A stretch of 64,000 nucleotides of DNA. It comes from Bacteroidales bacterium. GTDB lineage: Bacteria > Bacteroidota > Bacteroidia > Bacteroidales > WCHB1-69. Below, piece after piece: positions 40,036 through 49,639 of the stretch. The DNA is taken from NCBI GenBank assembly GCA_017651425.1, contig JAGCCZ010000001.1:6222-70221 (forward strand), given 5' to 3'. The position numbers and the translations under genes were made by a program. Numbering within the stretch: position 1 is the stretch's first letter; each line of letters starts with the position of its first letter. A model generated the notes under the pieces. The model made no database searches, was not told where the DNA came from, and saw only the letters and a list, made by a program, of their open reading frames with translations.

Positions 40036-42081
40036 TCATTCTTTATTCTTCACCACAAATTTAATCGCTGTGCTCCCGACAGAGGTGCTTACGTGCGCGA
40101 CGTACAACCCGGAAGGGAGATTACGGACGGAAAGCTCGGTGCTGCAGGAGGCGGCGGGCTTCAGGAAGAGCAGCTGGCCGGACTCGTTGGTGACGGCCAC
40201 CATGCTGACAGACAGTCCCTCGGGACTCTCGATGACCACCCGGTCGGTGGCGGGGTTGGGGTAGAGCCGGATTTCCGACAGCCGCTCGTCATACTGCGCC
40301 ACGCCTGTCGTATCTTCCGGATATGGTTCCAATATGGACGGGTCGTAGCGAAGGGCGATGACGGCACTGGATTGTGAAGATGGGCAATCCACCAAAACAT
40401 CATTGCCAAATTGCACTGGCCCTATGGCAGTTAAACTGGTGAAAATGTAACCGTTTTCATTCACAATCGGCATACCATCCTCCATTTTGTCACCAATCAA
40501 GGTGTCTGCTTTGATAAAAGAACCATCAATTCCCCACTGTATCAGTATTCTTCCTTGGCCAGACAAATTATAAGGACCAATACCAAAAACCCTGTTATTT
40601 ATACAAAAAGGTATTCTGTCTGTTCCTGCATTCATCATTGGGACAATTCCTTGGTTGATGTATCTGCCATCATCTTTGTTATATCTGACAAAAAAACCAA
40701 TATGATCTGAGTCTTCCTGATAATACTGAAGTGGCGTGTCTTCATCGTCGAAGTATAATAGAGAGTTATTAGAGACGGTATATCCACCGTCACCTAAAAC
40801 AAAAACAGAATTTCCCATAACACAACTCCTTCCCCAGCGAGCTGCAGGGTGGAGATTCTGATTGTTGCCACATCTTGATGAAAGTTGGTTACACCATTGT
40901 ACATCACCGGATGTGTTATATTTTACTATGAAATTTAGCCTGATCGCAGAAGAAAAATCATGCATGGTTTGGACATGTAAACTGTCCCACCATATATGTA
41001 CGGGGTATTGATTCAATAACCCTCCCAGACCTGGCAAAGACTGAAATAATCGGATAAAGCCAGTCAAATACATGTTATCATCGTCGTCAAAAGACAAGCC
41101 TTCTAAATGGGGTTCGAACTGATACTTGACATAATCTCCCGGTTGTTGTCCGCTATATGGTGCTATTCCTTCAGTTTCAGCAACAAGTGGCTTTGCAAAT
41201 TCCAACTCCCAATTAGACGAAAATTTATACAAAATGAAATTGTTTATGTACCACGGAGCATTCGCACTGCCGGGAAAATATTGGTTGTATGTTTTGTTTG
41301 AATCTTCATCAATGACTATTGTGTAGGGCTGGTTTTCGTTTCCTGTGTACTGTATGGGAGTATAAACGTACACGCTCCCGTCATCTCCTATGTGGACAGG
41401 ACTAATGTCATTCATGCACAAATTCATGTTTCTTCTAATGGAATCTGTTCCATTGATAATCTTTTCTCTTGAATATGCCACTACAAAATGGTCTTCTAAC
41501 AGATTGCCGTCCAAATCCATCTGGGCAAAGAACGTCCACCTGCTGTATGCTTTAAACGGCAATTCTTGTTGTTCCAAAGGAATGTTGTTGATCTGATTTC
41601 TAAAAACAAGTGTGTCCAAATAATATAGCCAGTCATTAGGATTGCTTCCATAAAAGCCACAATTTCCCGCAATAGTAATTTTGTTGTTTCGGACCTCCAT
41701 CCATAGGGGAAAAGCCATTTCGGCACTGCTTTTCACTACCTTATACCACAACATATTCCCTAATGTGTCAAACTTGGTTAATAATATAGTCCGTTCATTG
41801 TCAGAGAGTACTTGGGGGTGGTTATCATAATGGAATAATTCTCCATCAAAGGCTGCATGTCCTCCCATTGAGCCATAGACGTAGATATTGCCATCATCGT
41901 CAAAGGCTGTGTTGATGATTTTATTGTAATAGATACTTGCTGATTCATCGTTGCCGCTCCAATAATGCGCCCACTTCCACTCGCCCTGGGCGTGGACAGT
42001 AACAGCGGCCAGAAGAATGGGGACAAGGGAAATCAGGTGTTCAAATATGGCCTTGCAAAATTGTAGGGAATTGAGTTTCAT
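40036..42081 (-). CDS. Secreted protein of unknown function with a T9SS C-terminal sorting domain
   Basis: 681 aa. The C-terminus LYPNPATDRVVIE...GLYVAHVSTSVGSTAIKFVVKN is a T9SS CTD. The gene is AT-richer than flanking gapA and metG. Confidence 0.75.
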   Translation of the reverse strand: MKLNSLQFCKAIFEHLISLVPILLAAVTVHAQGEWKWAHYWSGNDESASIYYNKIINTAFDDDGNIYVYGSMGGHAAFDGELFHYDNHPQVLSDNERTILLTKFDTLGNMLWYKVVKSSAEMAFPLWMEVRNNKITIAGNCGFYGSNPNDWLYYLDTLVFRNQINNIPLEQQELPFKAYSRWTFFAQMDLDGNLLEDHFVVAYSREKIINGTDSIRRNMNLCMNDISPVHIGDDGSVYVYTPIQYTGNENQPYTIVIDEDSNKTYNQYFPGSANAPWYINNFILYKFSSNWELEFAKPLVAETEGIAPYSGQQPGDYVKYQFEPHLEGLSFDDDDNMYLTGFIRLFQSLPGLGGLLNQYPVHIWWDSLHVQTMHDFSSAIRLNFIVKYNTSGDVQWCNQLSSRCGNNQNLHPAARWGRSCVMGNSVFVLGDGGYTVSNNSLLYFDDEDTPLQYYQEDSDHIGFFVRYNKDDGRYINQGIVPMMNAGTDRIPFCINNRVFGIGPYNLSGQGRILIQWGIDGSFIKADTLIGDKMEDGMPIVNENGYIFTSLTAIGPVQFGNDVLVDCPSSQSSAVIALRYDPSILEPYPEDTTGVAQYDERLSEIRLYPNPATDRVVIESPEGLSVSMVAVTNESGQLLFLKPAASCSTELSVRNLPSGLYVAHVSTSVGSTAIKFVVKNKE

Positions 42082-42108
42082 GTTGTTATAATTTTATTTA
42101 ACATCCAA

Positions 42109-42116
42109 CAAAGATA
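42109..42116 (-). promoter_or_regulatory. -7 box TATCTTTG
   Basis: Lies 27 nt upstream of ATG 42081. Confidence 0.55.
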
Positions 42117-42219
42117 CTATTTTCTTTTATAGGAGGTACACAAAAATGCAATTTTGTTATAAAGAAACGGAAGCCTTCGGGCAACCACCATATCCACACC
42201 TTCGTATAAGCAATTTTCG

Positions 42220-42227
42220 TACTTTTG
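42220..42227 (+). promoter_or_regulatory. -7 box TACTTTTG upstream of metG
   Basis: Lies 28 nt upstream of ATG 42256. Confidence 0.55.
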
Positions 42228-42255
42228 CAGCCTTAAAATAAAATCATATCAAGAC

Positions 42256-44304
42256 ATGGAAAATCCTAAACGATACACGGTTACCTCTGCCCTGCCCTAC
42301 GCCAACGGCCCCGTCCACATCGGCCACCTCGCCGGCGTCTATATCCCTGCCGACATCTACGCGCGCTACCTGCGCAACAACGGCAAGGAGGTGCTCTTCA
42401 TCGGCGGCTCCGACGAGCACGGCGTGCCCATCACCATCAAGGCCCGCAAGGAGGGCGTGACCCCGCAGGACATCGTGGACCGCTACCATAACATCATCAA
42501 GCAATCGTTCGAGGACCTCGGCATCTCCTTCGACATCTACTCCAGAACCTCCAACCCCACCCACCACGAGACCGCCGCCGCCTACTTCAAGAAACTGTAC
42601 GACGAGGGCAAGCTCATCGAGAAGACCTCTATGCAGTACTACGACGAGGAGGCCAAGCAGTTCCTCGCCGACCGCTACATCACCGGCACGTGCCCCCACT
42701 GTAAGAACGAGCACGCCTACGGCGACCAGTGCGAGGTGTGCGGCACCTCCCTCAACGCCACCGACCTCATCGACCCCAAGTCGGCACTCAGCGGCAACAC
42801 CCCTGTGCTGAAGGAGACCAAGCACTGGTATTTGCCTTTGGACCAGTACGATCCGTGGCTCCGCGAGTGGATCCTCCAGGGGCACAAGGACGACTGGCGC
42901 CCCACGGTGTATGGCCAGTGCAAGTCGTGGATTGACCAAGGGCTGCAGCCCCGCGCCGTCACCCGCGACCTCAACTGGGGCGTGAAAGTCCCCCTGGAAG
43001 ATGCCGATGGCAAGGTGCTCTATGTCTGGTTCGACGCTCCCATCGGCTACATCTCCGCCACCAAGGAGTGGGCCGAGGCGCACCACACCGACTGGCAGCC
43101 CTGGTGGAAAGACCAGGAGACCCAGCTGGTACACTTCATCGGCAAGGACAACATCGTGTTCCACTGCATCATATTTCCCTGTATGCTGAAGGCCGACGGC
43201 TCTTACATACTGCCCGACAACGTGCCCGCCAACGAGTTCCTGAACCTCGAGGGCGACAAGATCTCCACCTCCCGCAACTGGGCCGTCTGGGCGCACGAGT
43301 ATCTCCACGACTTCCCCGGCAAGCAGGACGTGCTGCGCTACACGCTCACCGCCATCGCGCCGGAGACCAAGGATGCCGACTTCACATGGGCCGACTACCA
43401 GGCGCGCAACAACAACGAGCTGCTGGCCATCTTCGGCAACTTCGTGAACCGCACCGTGGTGCTCACCCATAAATACTACGGAGGCATTGTGCCCGCCCCG
43501 GGCGAGTACTCCGACTACGAGAAGGAAATCGTGGCCAAGATGGCCGAGTTCCCCAAGACCATCGGCGACTCGATTGAGCATTACCGTTTCCGCGAGGCGC
43601 TGCAGGAGTTTATGAACCTGGCCCGCATCGGCAACAAGTACCTCACCGACACCGAGCCGTGGAAGAAGCAGAAGGAGAACCCCGAAGCCGTGAAGACCAT
43701 CCTGCACCTGTCGTTGCAGATCTGCGCCGCCCTTTCTGTGTTGTGCGAGCCGTTTTTGCCCTTCACTGCCAAGAAGTTGCAGCACATCCTCAACATCGAC
43801 AACAAGAACTGGCAGGATGGCGGCCGTGCCGACCTGCTGAAGGTGGGCGCGCAGCTCAACCCTGCCGAGTACCTTTTCGAGAAGATCGAGGACGCCGTCA
43901 TCGCCCAGCAGATCCAGAAGTTGGAGGACACCAAGAAGGCCAACGAGATTGCCACCGCCGAGGCCGTGGCTGCCAAGGAGGACGTCACCTTCGAGGAGTT
44001 CCAGAAGATGGACTTGCGGGTAGTCACCGTGTTGGAGGCCGAGAAGGTGGCCAAGACCAAGAAGCTGTTGAAGTTGAAGGTGAACACGGGCGTGGACGTG
44101 CGCGAGATCGTGTCGGGCATTGCCGAGTACTACGAGCCGCAGGACCTTGTGGGCAAGCAGGTGCTGATGCTCATCAACCTGGCCCCGAAGAACATCAAGG
44201 GTGTGGAGTCGCACGGAATGGTATTGATGGCCGAGCACGCCGACGGCACCCTGAGCCTGATGCAGCCGCAGAAGGCAGTGAAAGAGGGAAGTACTGTGAA
44301 ATAG
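42256..44304 (+). CDS. metG: Methionine--tRNA ligase
   Basis: HIGHLAG (HIGH) and KISTSRN (KMSKS-like) motifs, zinc knuckles CPHC/CEVC, and a C-terminal tRNA-binding domain. Confidence 0.95.
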   Translation: MENPKRYTVTSALPYANGPVHIGHLAGVYIPADIYARYLRNNGKEVLFIGGSDEHGVPITIKARKEGVTPQDIVDRYHNIIKQSFEDLGISFDIYSRTSNPTHHETAAAYFKKLYDEGKLIEKTSMQYYDEEAKQFLADRYITGTCPHCKNEHAYGDQCEVCGTSLNATDLIDPKSALSGNTPVLKETKHWYLPLDQYDPWLREWILQGHKDDWRPTVYGQCKSWIDQGLQPRAVTRDLNWGVKVPLEDADGKVLYVWFDAPIGYISATKEWAEAHHTDWQPWWKDQETQLVHFIGKDNIVFHCIIFPCMLKADGSYILPDNVPANEFLNLEGDKISTSRNWAVWAHEYLHDFPGKQDVLRYTLTAIAPETKDADFTWADYQARNNNELLAIFGNFVNRTVVLTHKYYGGIVPAPGEYSDYEKEIVAKMAEFPKTIGDSIEHYRFREALQEFMNLARIGNKYLTDTEPWKKQKENPEAVKTILHLSLQICAALSVLCEPFLPFTAKKLQHILNIDNKNWQDGGRADLLKVGAQLNPAEYLFEKIEDAVIAQQIQKLEDTKKANEIATAEAVAAKEDVTFEEFQKMDLRVVTVLEAEKVAKTKKLLKLKVNTGVDVREIVSGIAEYYEPQDLVGKQVLMLINLAPKNIKGVESHGMVLMAEHADGTLSLMQPQKAVKEGSTVK

Positions 44305-44318
44305 ACAGGAACGCACCT

Positions 44319-45470
44319 ATGGCCGACGGATATTTGAATTTTGACGAATACATACGCCAAGGTGAACCGGCGCAGCGGGAACGGGCCGAAGCTTGGCGCG
44401 TGGCTATAGGATTGCAGGCCGTGGATGGGCTGAAGACCTCTGAGTATCTGCAAGAGACCGCCCGTCGCAACATCAAAGGGGAAATCACTATTGACGAGGC
44501 CCGTGAGATGGTGAAACAATACTATATCACCAAAACCACCCACGACGAGGATGATGGTGATAAAGCAGAAGCCGACAACGTTTCCGGAAACATTTCAAAG
44601 TTGCTTCAAACAGATACGTTTACCTATAGTGCAGCCGGGGTGGCAGCCATCCATCGGGCTATCTTCGAAGGCGTGTTCAAACACGCTGGACAATTCCGCG
44701 AATATGACATTTCAAAAAAGGAATGGGTGCTACGTGGTGACTCTGTGCTTTACGGACGTTGGCAGGATCTACGCATGGCAATAGACTACGACCTTGAACA
44801 AGAACGTCAGTTTGACTATTCAACATTGGATAAAGGACAGATAGTGGAGCATCTTGCCAAGTTTGTTGCGGGTTTATGGCAGATTCATCCGTTTCGGGAA
44901 GGCAACACTCGTACAACTGCCGTTTTCACCATCAAGTACCTGCGGGCTCAAGGTTTTCAGGTCAACAACGAAATGTTTGAGCAGCATTCGTGGTATTTCC
45001 GCAACGCACTGGTGCGCGCCAACTATCGGAATCTTGCAAAAGGGATAGGTTATGAACCGAAGTTCCTTGTGCGTTTCTTCCGTAATTTGCTGCTTGGCGA
45101 AAACAACATATTGAAGAACCGTTATATGGTAATTAATCCACCCGAAAAATGGAAGATGCCGGAAAGCGAACAAGTACCCGACAAGCACGGGATAAGCACA
45201 GGACAAGTACAGGACAAGCTGTACACCGACAACTATAATATTGTTGAGATCATTAAGGTTGTTGGGGGCAATATGTTGTCTGTAAAAGAGATGATGGCTG
45301 GTCTAAACCTCAAAGGAAGAGATAACTTTTTAAACCTTTATCTATCGCCCTCAATAGCAGAGGGGTATATCCGTCTGCTTTATCCCCAATCGCCCCGTCA
45401 CCCCCGCCAGAAGTATCTGCTGACCGTAAAGGGAATGGCCTTGTATAATGAGTTGATGAAAGGGGAATAG
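44319..45470 (+). CDS. Fic/DOC-family protein with an N-terminal VbhA-antitoxin-like helix and a C-terminal winged-helix-like tail
   Basis: The real start MADGYLNFDEY is at ATG 44319. The track ORF from 43659 runs out of frame through metG. The Fic motif region reads HPFREGNTRTTA. Confidence 0.8.
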   Translation: MADGYLNFDEYIRQGEPAQRERAEAWRVAIGLQAVDGLKTSEYLQETARRNIKGEITIDEAREMVKQYYITKTTHDEDDGDKAEADNVSGNISKLLQTDTFTYSAAGVAAIHRAIFEGVFKHAGQFREYDISKKEWVLRGDSVLYGRWQDLRMAIDYDLEQERQFDYSTLDKGQIVEHLAKFVAGLWQIHPFREGNTRTTAVFTIKYLRAQGFQVNNEMFEQHSWYFRNALVRANYRNLAKGIGYEPKFLVRFFRNLLLGENNILKNRYMVINPPEKWKMPESEQVPDKHGISTGQVQDKLYTDNYNIVEIIKVVGGNMLSVKEMMAGLNLKGRDNFLNLYLSPSIAEGYIRLLYPQSPRHPRQKYLLTVKGMALYNELMKGE

Positions 45471-45596
45471 GGGGTAGCGTCGCCCGCCGCGACCCGCCAT
45501 CTCAGCCAAAAGAGCTTGGTGAGGACGGAGGGGATTGCTGTGTTCCGTAACTGTCACTTTCCCGCAGGAAAGTGGAAGATTATGGTGGTTTTTTGT

Positions 45597-45604
45597 TATT
45601 TTTG
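45597..45604 (+). promoter_or_regulatory. -7 box TATTTTTG upstream of hsdM
   Basis: Lies 25 nt upstream of ATG 45630. A weak hairpin at 45555-45574 precedes it. Confidence 0.55.
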
Positions 45605-45629
45605 CAGGTTGAATATCTAACGACTAAAA

Positions 45630-47138
45630 ATGGCAAAGAAAACCAATACAGCAGACCTCGGATTTGAGGATAAGATATGGAAGGCGGCTAATATTCTTCG
45701 AGGTAATATTGCAGCTGCTGAATACAAGAATGTGGTGTTAGGTCTCATTTTCTTGAAATACATTTCCGATTGCTTTGATGTTAAGCACCAACAATTAGTG
45801 GACGAAGGTGATGGTTTTGAAGAAGATAAGGACGAATACATCTCTGAAAACATCTTTTATGTGCCTACTGATGCTCGTTGGAGCGTGATTGCTAATGCTG
45901 CTCACACCCCTGAAATTGGCAAAGTGATAGACAATGCCATGATGGAAATTGAGAAAGAGAATGACCGTCTAAAAGGCATTTTGCCCAAGAACTTTGCACG
46001 ACCAGAACTGGACAAACGTCGTTTGGGTGATGTGGTAGATCTCTTCACCAACACCATTGATCTTGGAAAAGAGGAAGAAAACAAAGATCTTTTAGGCCGC
46101 ACATACGAATATTGTCTCGCCAAGTTTGCATCGCTTGAAGGCAAGAATGCTGGTGAATTTTATACACCAAGTTGTATTGTACGAACAATCGTAGCTGTTC
46201 TTCAGCCTTTCAAAGGGCGTTGTTATGACCCGGCAATGGGAAGTGGCGGAATGTTTGTGCAAAGTGCAGAATTTGTACGCCATCATCAGGGTGACATTAA
46301 GAATCTTTCTATTTTTGGTCAAGAGTTTGTTGCCGAGACGCGCAAGATGGCCATGATGAACCTCGCTATCCGCGGCATTGAGGCCAATTTGGGCGAAAAG
46401 AACGCAGATACTTTTTTCGATGACCAGCATCCGACTTTGAAAGCCGATTTTGTGATGGCCAATCCTCCATTCAATATGAGTGATTGGGGTGCAGATAAGC
46501 TGCAAGATGATGTGCGTTGGAAATACGGCATTCCTCCGGCGGGCAATGCCAACTTTGCTTGGATGGAACACATGATCAGCCATCTCTCTCCGACAGGTCG
46601 GATAGGTTTGGTATTGGCCAACGGTTCTTTGAGCAGCCAGACGGGTGGTGAAGGAGAGATTCGTAAAAACATCTTGCAGGCCGACTTGGTGGAAGGCATT
46701 GTGGCGCTTCCCAGCCAGTTGTTCTACAGTACAGGCATTCCTGTTTGTCTTTGGTTCTTATGCAGGCAAAAAGCACAACCCGGCAAGGTACTTTTCGTTG
46801 ATGCCCGCAATATGGGCAAGATGGTGACACGCAAGCTGCGTGAGCTGACCGAAGCCGATATTGAGCGCATTGCCCAGACCTTTACCGATTACCGGAATGG
46901 CACACTCACTGATGAAAAAGGTTATTGCGCCGTTAAGACACTTGATGAGGTGGCTGCGCAAGACCATATCCTAACTCCCGGCCGTTATGTGGGCATTGCC
47001 GAGCAGGAGGATGATGGGGAACCTTTTGAGGAGAAGATGAATCGCCTCACCACCGAATTGAGCGGACTTTTCCAAGAAAGCCATAGATTGGAAGAGGAAA
47101 TAAAGAAACAGTTGGGGAGCATTGGTTTTTTTGTTTAA
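45630..47138 (+). CDS. hsdM: Type I restriction-modification system, N6-adenine DNA methyltransferase subunit
   Basis: HsdM N-terminal domain (LRGNIAAAEYKNVVLGLIFLKY), then GEFYTP, DPAMGSGGM and MANPPF. Confidence 0.93.
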   Translation: MAKKTNTADLGFEDKIWKAANILRGNIAAAEYKNVVLGLIFLKYISDCFDVKHQQLVDEGDGFEEDKDEYISENIFYVPTDARWSVIANAAHTPEIGKVIDNAMMEIEKENDRLKGILPKNFARPELDKRRLGDVVDLFTNTIDLGKEEENKDLLGRTYEYCLAKFASLEGKNAGEFYTPSCIVRTIVAVLQPFKGRCYDPAMGSGGMFVQSAEFVRHHQGDIKNLSIFGQEFVAETRKMAMMNLAIRGIEANLGEKNADTFFDDQHPTLKADFVMANPPFNMSDWGADKLQDDVRWKYGIPPAGNANFAWMEHMISHLSPTGRIGLVLANGSLSSQTGGEGEIRKNILQADLVEGIVALPSQLFYSTGIPVCLWFLCRQKAQPGKVLFVDARNMGKMVTRKLRELTEADIERIAQTFTDYRNGTLTDEKGYCAVKTLDEVAAQDHILTPGRYVGIAEQEDDGEPFEEKMNRLTTELSGLFQESHRLEEEIKKQLGSIGFFV

Positions 47139-47150
47139 TTTCAAATCTAA

Positions 47151-47987
47151 ATGATTCCTAATATGAAAGATATGTTTTATCCAAATATCGAATTTCTGAA
47201 TATTGATGATTTAAATGTCTTTTTGGGAGACATGCCTGTTTTGTATAAATATATGCCGTTGGAGAACACTTTAAATACTTTGAAAAATAAAACAATATGG
47301 TTAGCTGACCCTAAAACATGGGAAGATCCTTTTGAAAAGAGATTCCTCAATGCTAAATATAAGAATTCAAAGGGGGTAGAAATGGTATTTCCGTATTCGG
47401 GAAAAACATTTGCAACATGTTTAACACGCAATCCATCCAGTGAAGCTCAATGGAATGTATACTCAAGAAATGAAATTGGAATCAAATTTAAAATAAGTAC
47501 AAAAGTACTTCTTGAACAATTGAATAAATTCTCACAAAATCATCCTAAATACAAGGTGTATTTTGGAAAGGTTGAGTATCACAAAAGAGAAGAAATAGAA
47601 CAAACACAACTATCTAAATTGACATTTGAAGCAGAAAGAAAAGGAGTTAAAATAAACAAGAGTTTGCAAAATAAAGACTTTTGCGCTCGTTTGTTTCTTT
47701 TAAAAAGACGTGATTTTGAATATGAAGACGAGGTTCGTATAATTGTTTTTAAGGATATTAAGAATACTGCGGCAGGAATCAGCTTTGATTATACTTGTTC
47801 TAACAGTATGATCTTTCCTCAATTAACAATTTCACCTCGTGTAAAAAACAATGTTGAAAACATGCTAAAAGAATACCTTATCCAATTCGGCATGAATCCT
47901 CTTGTAGACAGCCTCGGGAGAAAACAACATCGCGTTGTTAAAAGCCATCTTTTTGATGACGAAAACGAGGTTACAATAAGCATATGA
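47151..47987 (+). CDS. DUF2971-family protein embedded in the R-M operon
   Basis: VLYKYMPLENTLNTLKNKTIWLADPKTWEDPFE, AQWNVYS..IGIKF and LLKRRDFEYEDEVRII match my recollection of the DUF2971 signature. It starts 12 nt after the hsdM stop. Confidence 0.7.
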   Translation: MIPNMKDMFYPNIEFLNIDDLNVFLGDMPVLYKYMPLENTLNTLKNKTIWLADPKTWEDPFEKRFLNAKYKNSKGVEMVFPYSGKTFATCLTRNPSSEAQWNVYSRNEIGIKFKISTKVLLEQLNKFSQNHPKYKVYFGKVEYHKREEIEQTQLSKLTFEAERKGVKINKSLQNKDFCARLFLLKRRDFEYEDEVRIIVFKDIKNTAAGISFDYTCSNSMIFPQLTISPRVKNNVENMLKEYLIQFGMNPLVDSLGRKQHRVVKSHLFDDENEVTISI

Positions 47988-48037
47988 CATTAACTTGGAT
48001 AAAAGATATGTTAGGAAATAGACTTTATTATTAAAAT

Positions 48038-48466
48038 ATGGAAACGATAGTACAATGGACAACAATCTTAAGCCCGATTATTGCGGTTATTATAGCAATA
48101 TTGATGGTTAGAAGCAGCAATAGAGATACTGCCAAACAAATTGAGAGCATTAAGGAAAGTACCTCTCGTCAGATTGAAAGTATCAAGAACTTATCCAGAC
48201 AAATGATAGATTCTTCCATTAAACAAGTGGAATTAGAAATAGAAAAGACCCTTATTCTAGCACAACAAGCACAACAAGAATGGGAAGGTGTTGAAGAGAT
48301 TAATCGTTCTGGATTATCTCACATGGTATCTTTTAGAAATGAAGCTATGAGACAGTATCACGAGGAAAAGCCTAAAAGAGATCATCAGTTATATTCCTCA
48401 TCTATTAAGAATCTTCAGGCTATTAAGAAAGACCTGGAAGCTCATAAAAAAGAATTGAACTCATAA
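48038..48466 (+). CDS. Small protein with one N-terminal TM helix and a coiled-coil tail
   Basis: 142 aa. The TM segment is WTTILSPIIAVIIAILMV. It has heptad-like repeats KQIESIKESTSRQIESIKNLSRQ. Its stop TAA 48464-48466 is 1 nt before the hsdS ATG. Confidence 0.6.
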   Translation: METIVQWTTILSPIIAVIIAILMVRSSNRDTAKQIESIKESTSRQIESIKNLSRQMIDSSIKQVELEIEKTLILAQQAQQEWEGVEEINRSGLSHMVSFRNEAMRQYHEEKPKRDHQLYSSSIKNLQAIKKDLEAHKKELNS

Positions 48467-48467
48467 T

Positions 48468-49631
48468 ATGGAAGAGTGGAAAGAATATAGGTTGGGAGAT
48501 ATAGCGGTTGTAACCATGGGACAATCACCAAATTCCTCTTATTATAACAATGTAGGAGATGGAGTGCCATTTCTGCAAGGCAACAGAACTTTTGGAATGA
48601 AATATCCAACTTTTGATACGTTCACTACTTCTGCCACAAAATACGCCGAAGGAAACGACGTAATTATGAGTGTACGAGCACCTGTAGGGGATGTGAATAT
48701 TACTCCAATAAGAATGTGCTTGGGGCGTGGACTATGTGGGTTGCGTTTAAACAATGGTAATCAGGAGTTTTTGTATTATTTGATGCGTTATTACGCTAAT
48801 AATCTGATTAACAAAGAATCAGGAACGGTTTTTGGGTCTATCAATCGCAATGATATTGCAAATCTTATAGTGAGAGTCCCGTCATTTGAACTTCAGAAAA
48901 AAATAGCCTATATATTATCTTCCTTTGATGACAAAATCGAAGTAAATCAGCGTATAAATGATAATTTAGAGCAACAAGCCACAGCTTTATTCAAGTATTG
49001 GTTTGTGGATTTCGGGCCATTCAAGGATGGCGAGTTTGAGGAAAGTGTATTGGGAATGATACCTAAAGGGTGGAGAGTGGGAAAACTATTAGATGTTGCA
49101 AATATCACGATGGGAACTTCACCTGTAGGTTCAAGTTATAATGTGACAGGAGAAGGAGATGTTTTTTATCAAGGTCGAGCAGAATTTGGTTTTAGATTTC
49201 CAAAGAGAAATATGTACACTACAGAGGCCAAGAGATTTGCTGATATTGATAGCGTTTTGTTAAGTGTCCGTGCTCCTGTTGGAGATATTAATGTTGCAGA
49301 TGAAAGATGTTGTATTGGTCGAGGGTTAGCTTCGATTCAATCGAGGGATGGGAACAACTCTTACATTCTATATTTGATGAAAAGTCTGTATCCACAATTC
49401 GAAAAGTATAATAGCGAAGGCACTGTTTTTGGGTGTATTAATAAGAAAGCATTGGAACAATTAGCTGTGGTGACTCCTCCGAATGAAACGATAAGTAGAT
49501 TTGATAAAATATGCAGTGAAATAGATGGCCAAATTAAAATACTTGATCAAGAAACCCGCCGACTTGCCACCCTTCGGGACACATTATTGCCGAGATTAAT
49601 GTCAGGAAAGTTAAAAGTAAATGAATTATAA
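48468..49631 (+). CDS. hsdS: Type I restriction-modification system, specificity subunit
   Basis: Two target-recognition domains are separated by conserved helices (LEQQATALFKYWFVDF and LATLRDTLLPRLMSGKL). Confidence 0.9.
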   Translation: MEEWKEYRLGDIAVVTMGQSPNSSYYNNVGDGVPFLQGNRTFGMKYPTFDTFTTSATKYAEGNDVIMSVRAPVGDVNITPIRMCLGRGLCGLRLNNGNQEFLYYLMRYYANNLINKESGTVFGSINRNDIANLIVRVPSFELQKKIAYILSSFDDKIEVNQRINDNLEQQATALFKYWFVDFGPFKDGEFEESVLGMIPKGWRVGKLLDVANITMGTSPVGSSYNVTGEGDVFYQGRAEFGFRFPKRNMYTTEAKRFADIDSVLLSVRAPVGDINVADERCCIGRGLASIQSRDGNNSYILYLMKSLYPQFEKYNSEGTVFGCINKKALEQLAVVTPPNETISRFDKICSEIDGQIKILDQETRRLATLRDTLLPRLMSGKLKVNEL

Positions 49632-49639
49632 GTACTACT

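Noticed and set aside
42244-44316. 690-aa ORF antisense to metG. Similar long antisense ORFs lie at 10643-12250, 26893-28530, 22906-24093, 33102-34337, 8764-10179, 2593-4539, 1083-2090, 14968-16107, 35297-36298, 37500-38594 and 38849-39769.
   Set aside because: Each lies opposite a gene with an unambiguous conserved product. Their translations are low-complexity and rich in V, G, L, H and D. Stop-codon depletion on the antisense strand is expected in GC-rich coding DNA.
48468-49631. Phase-variable hsdS shufflon
   Set aside because: There is only one hsdS gene. I saw no silent half-hsdS copies, no inverted repeats within it, and no adjacent recombinase.
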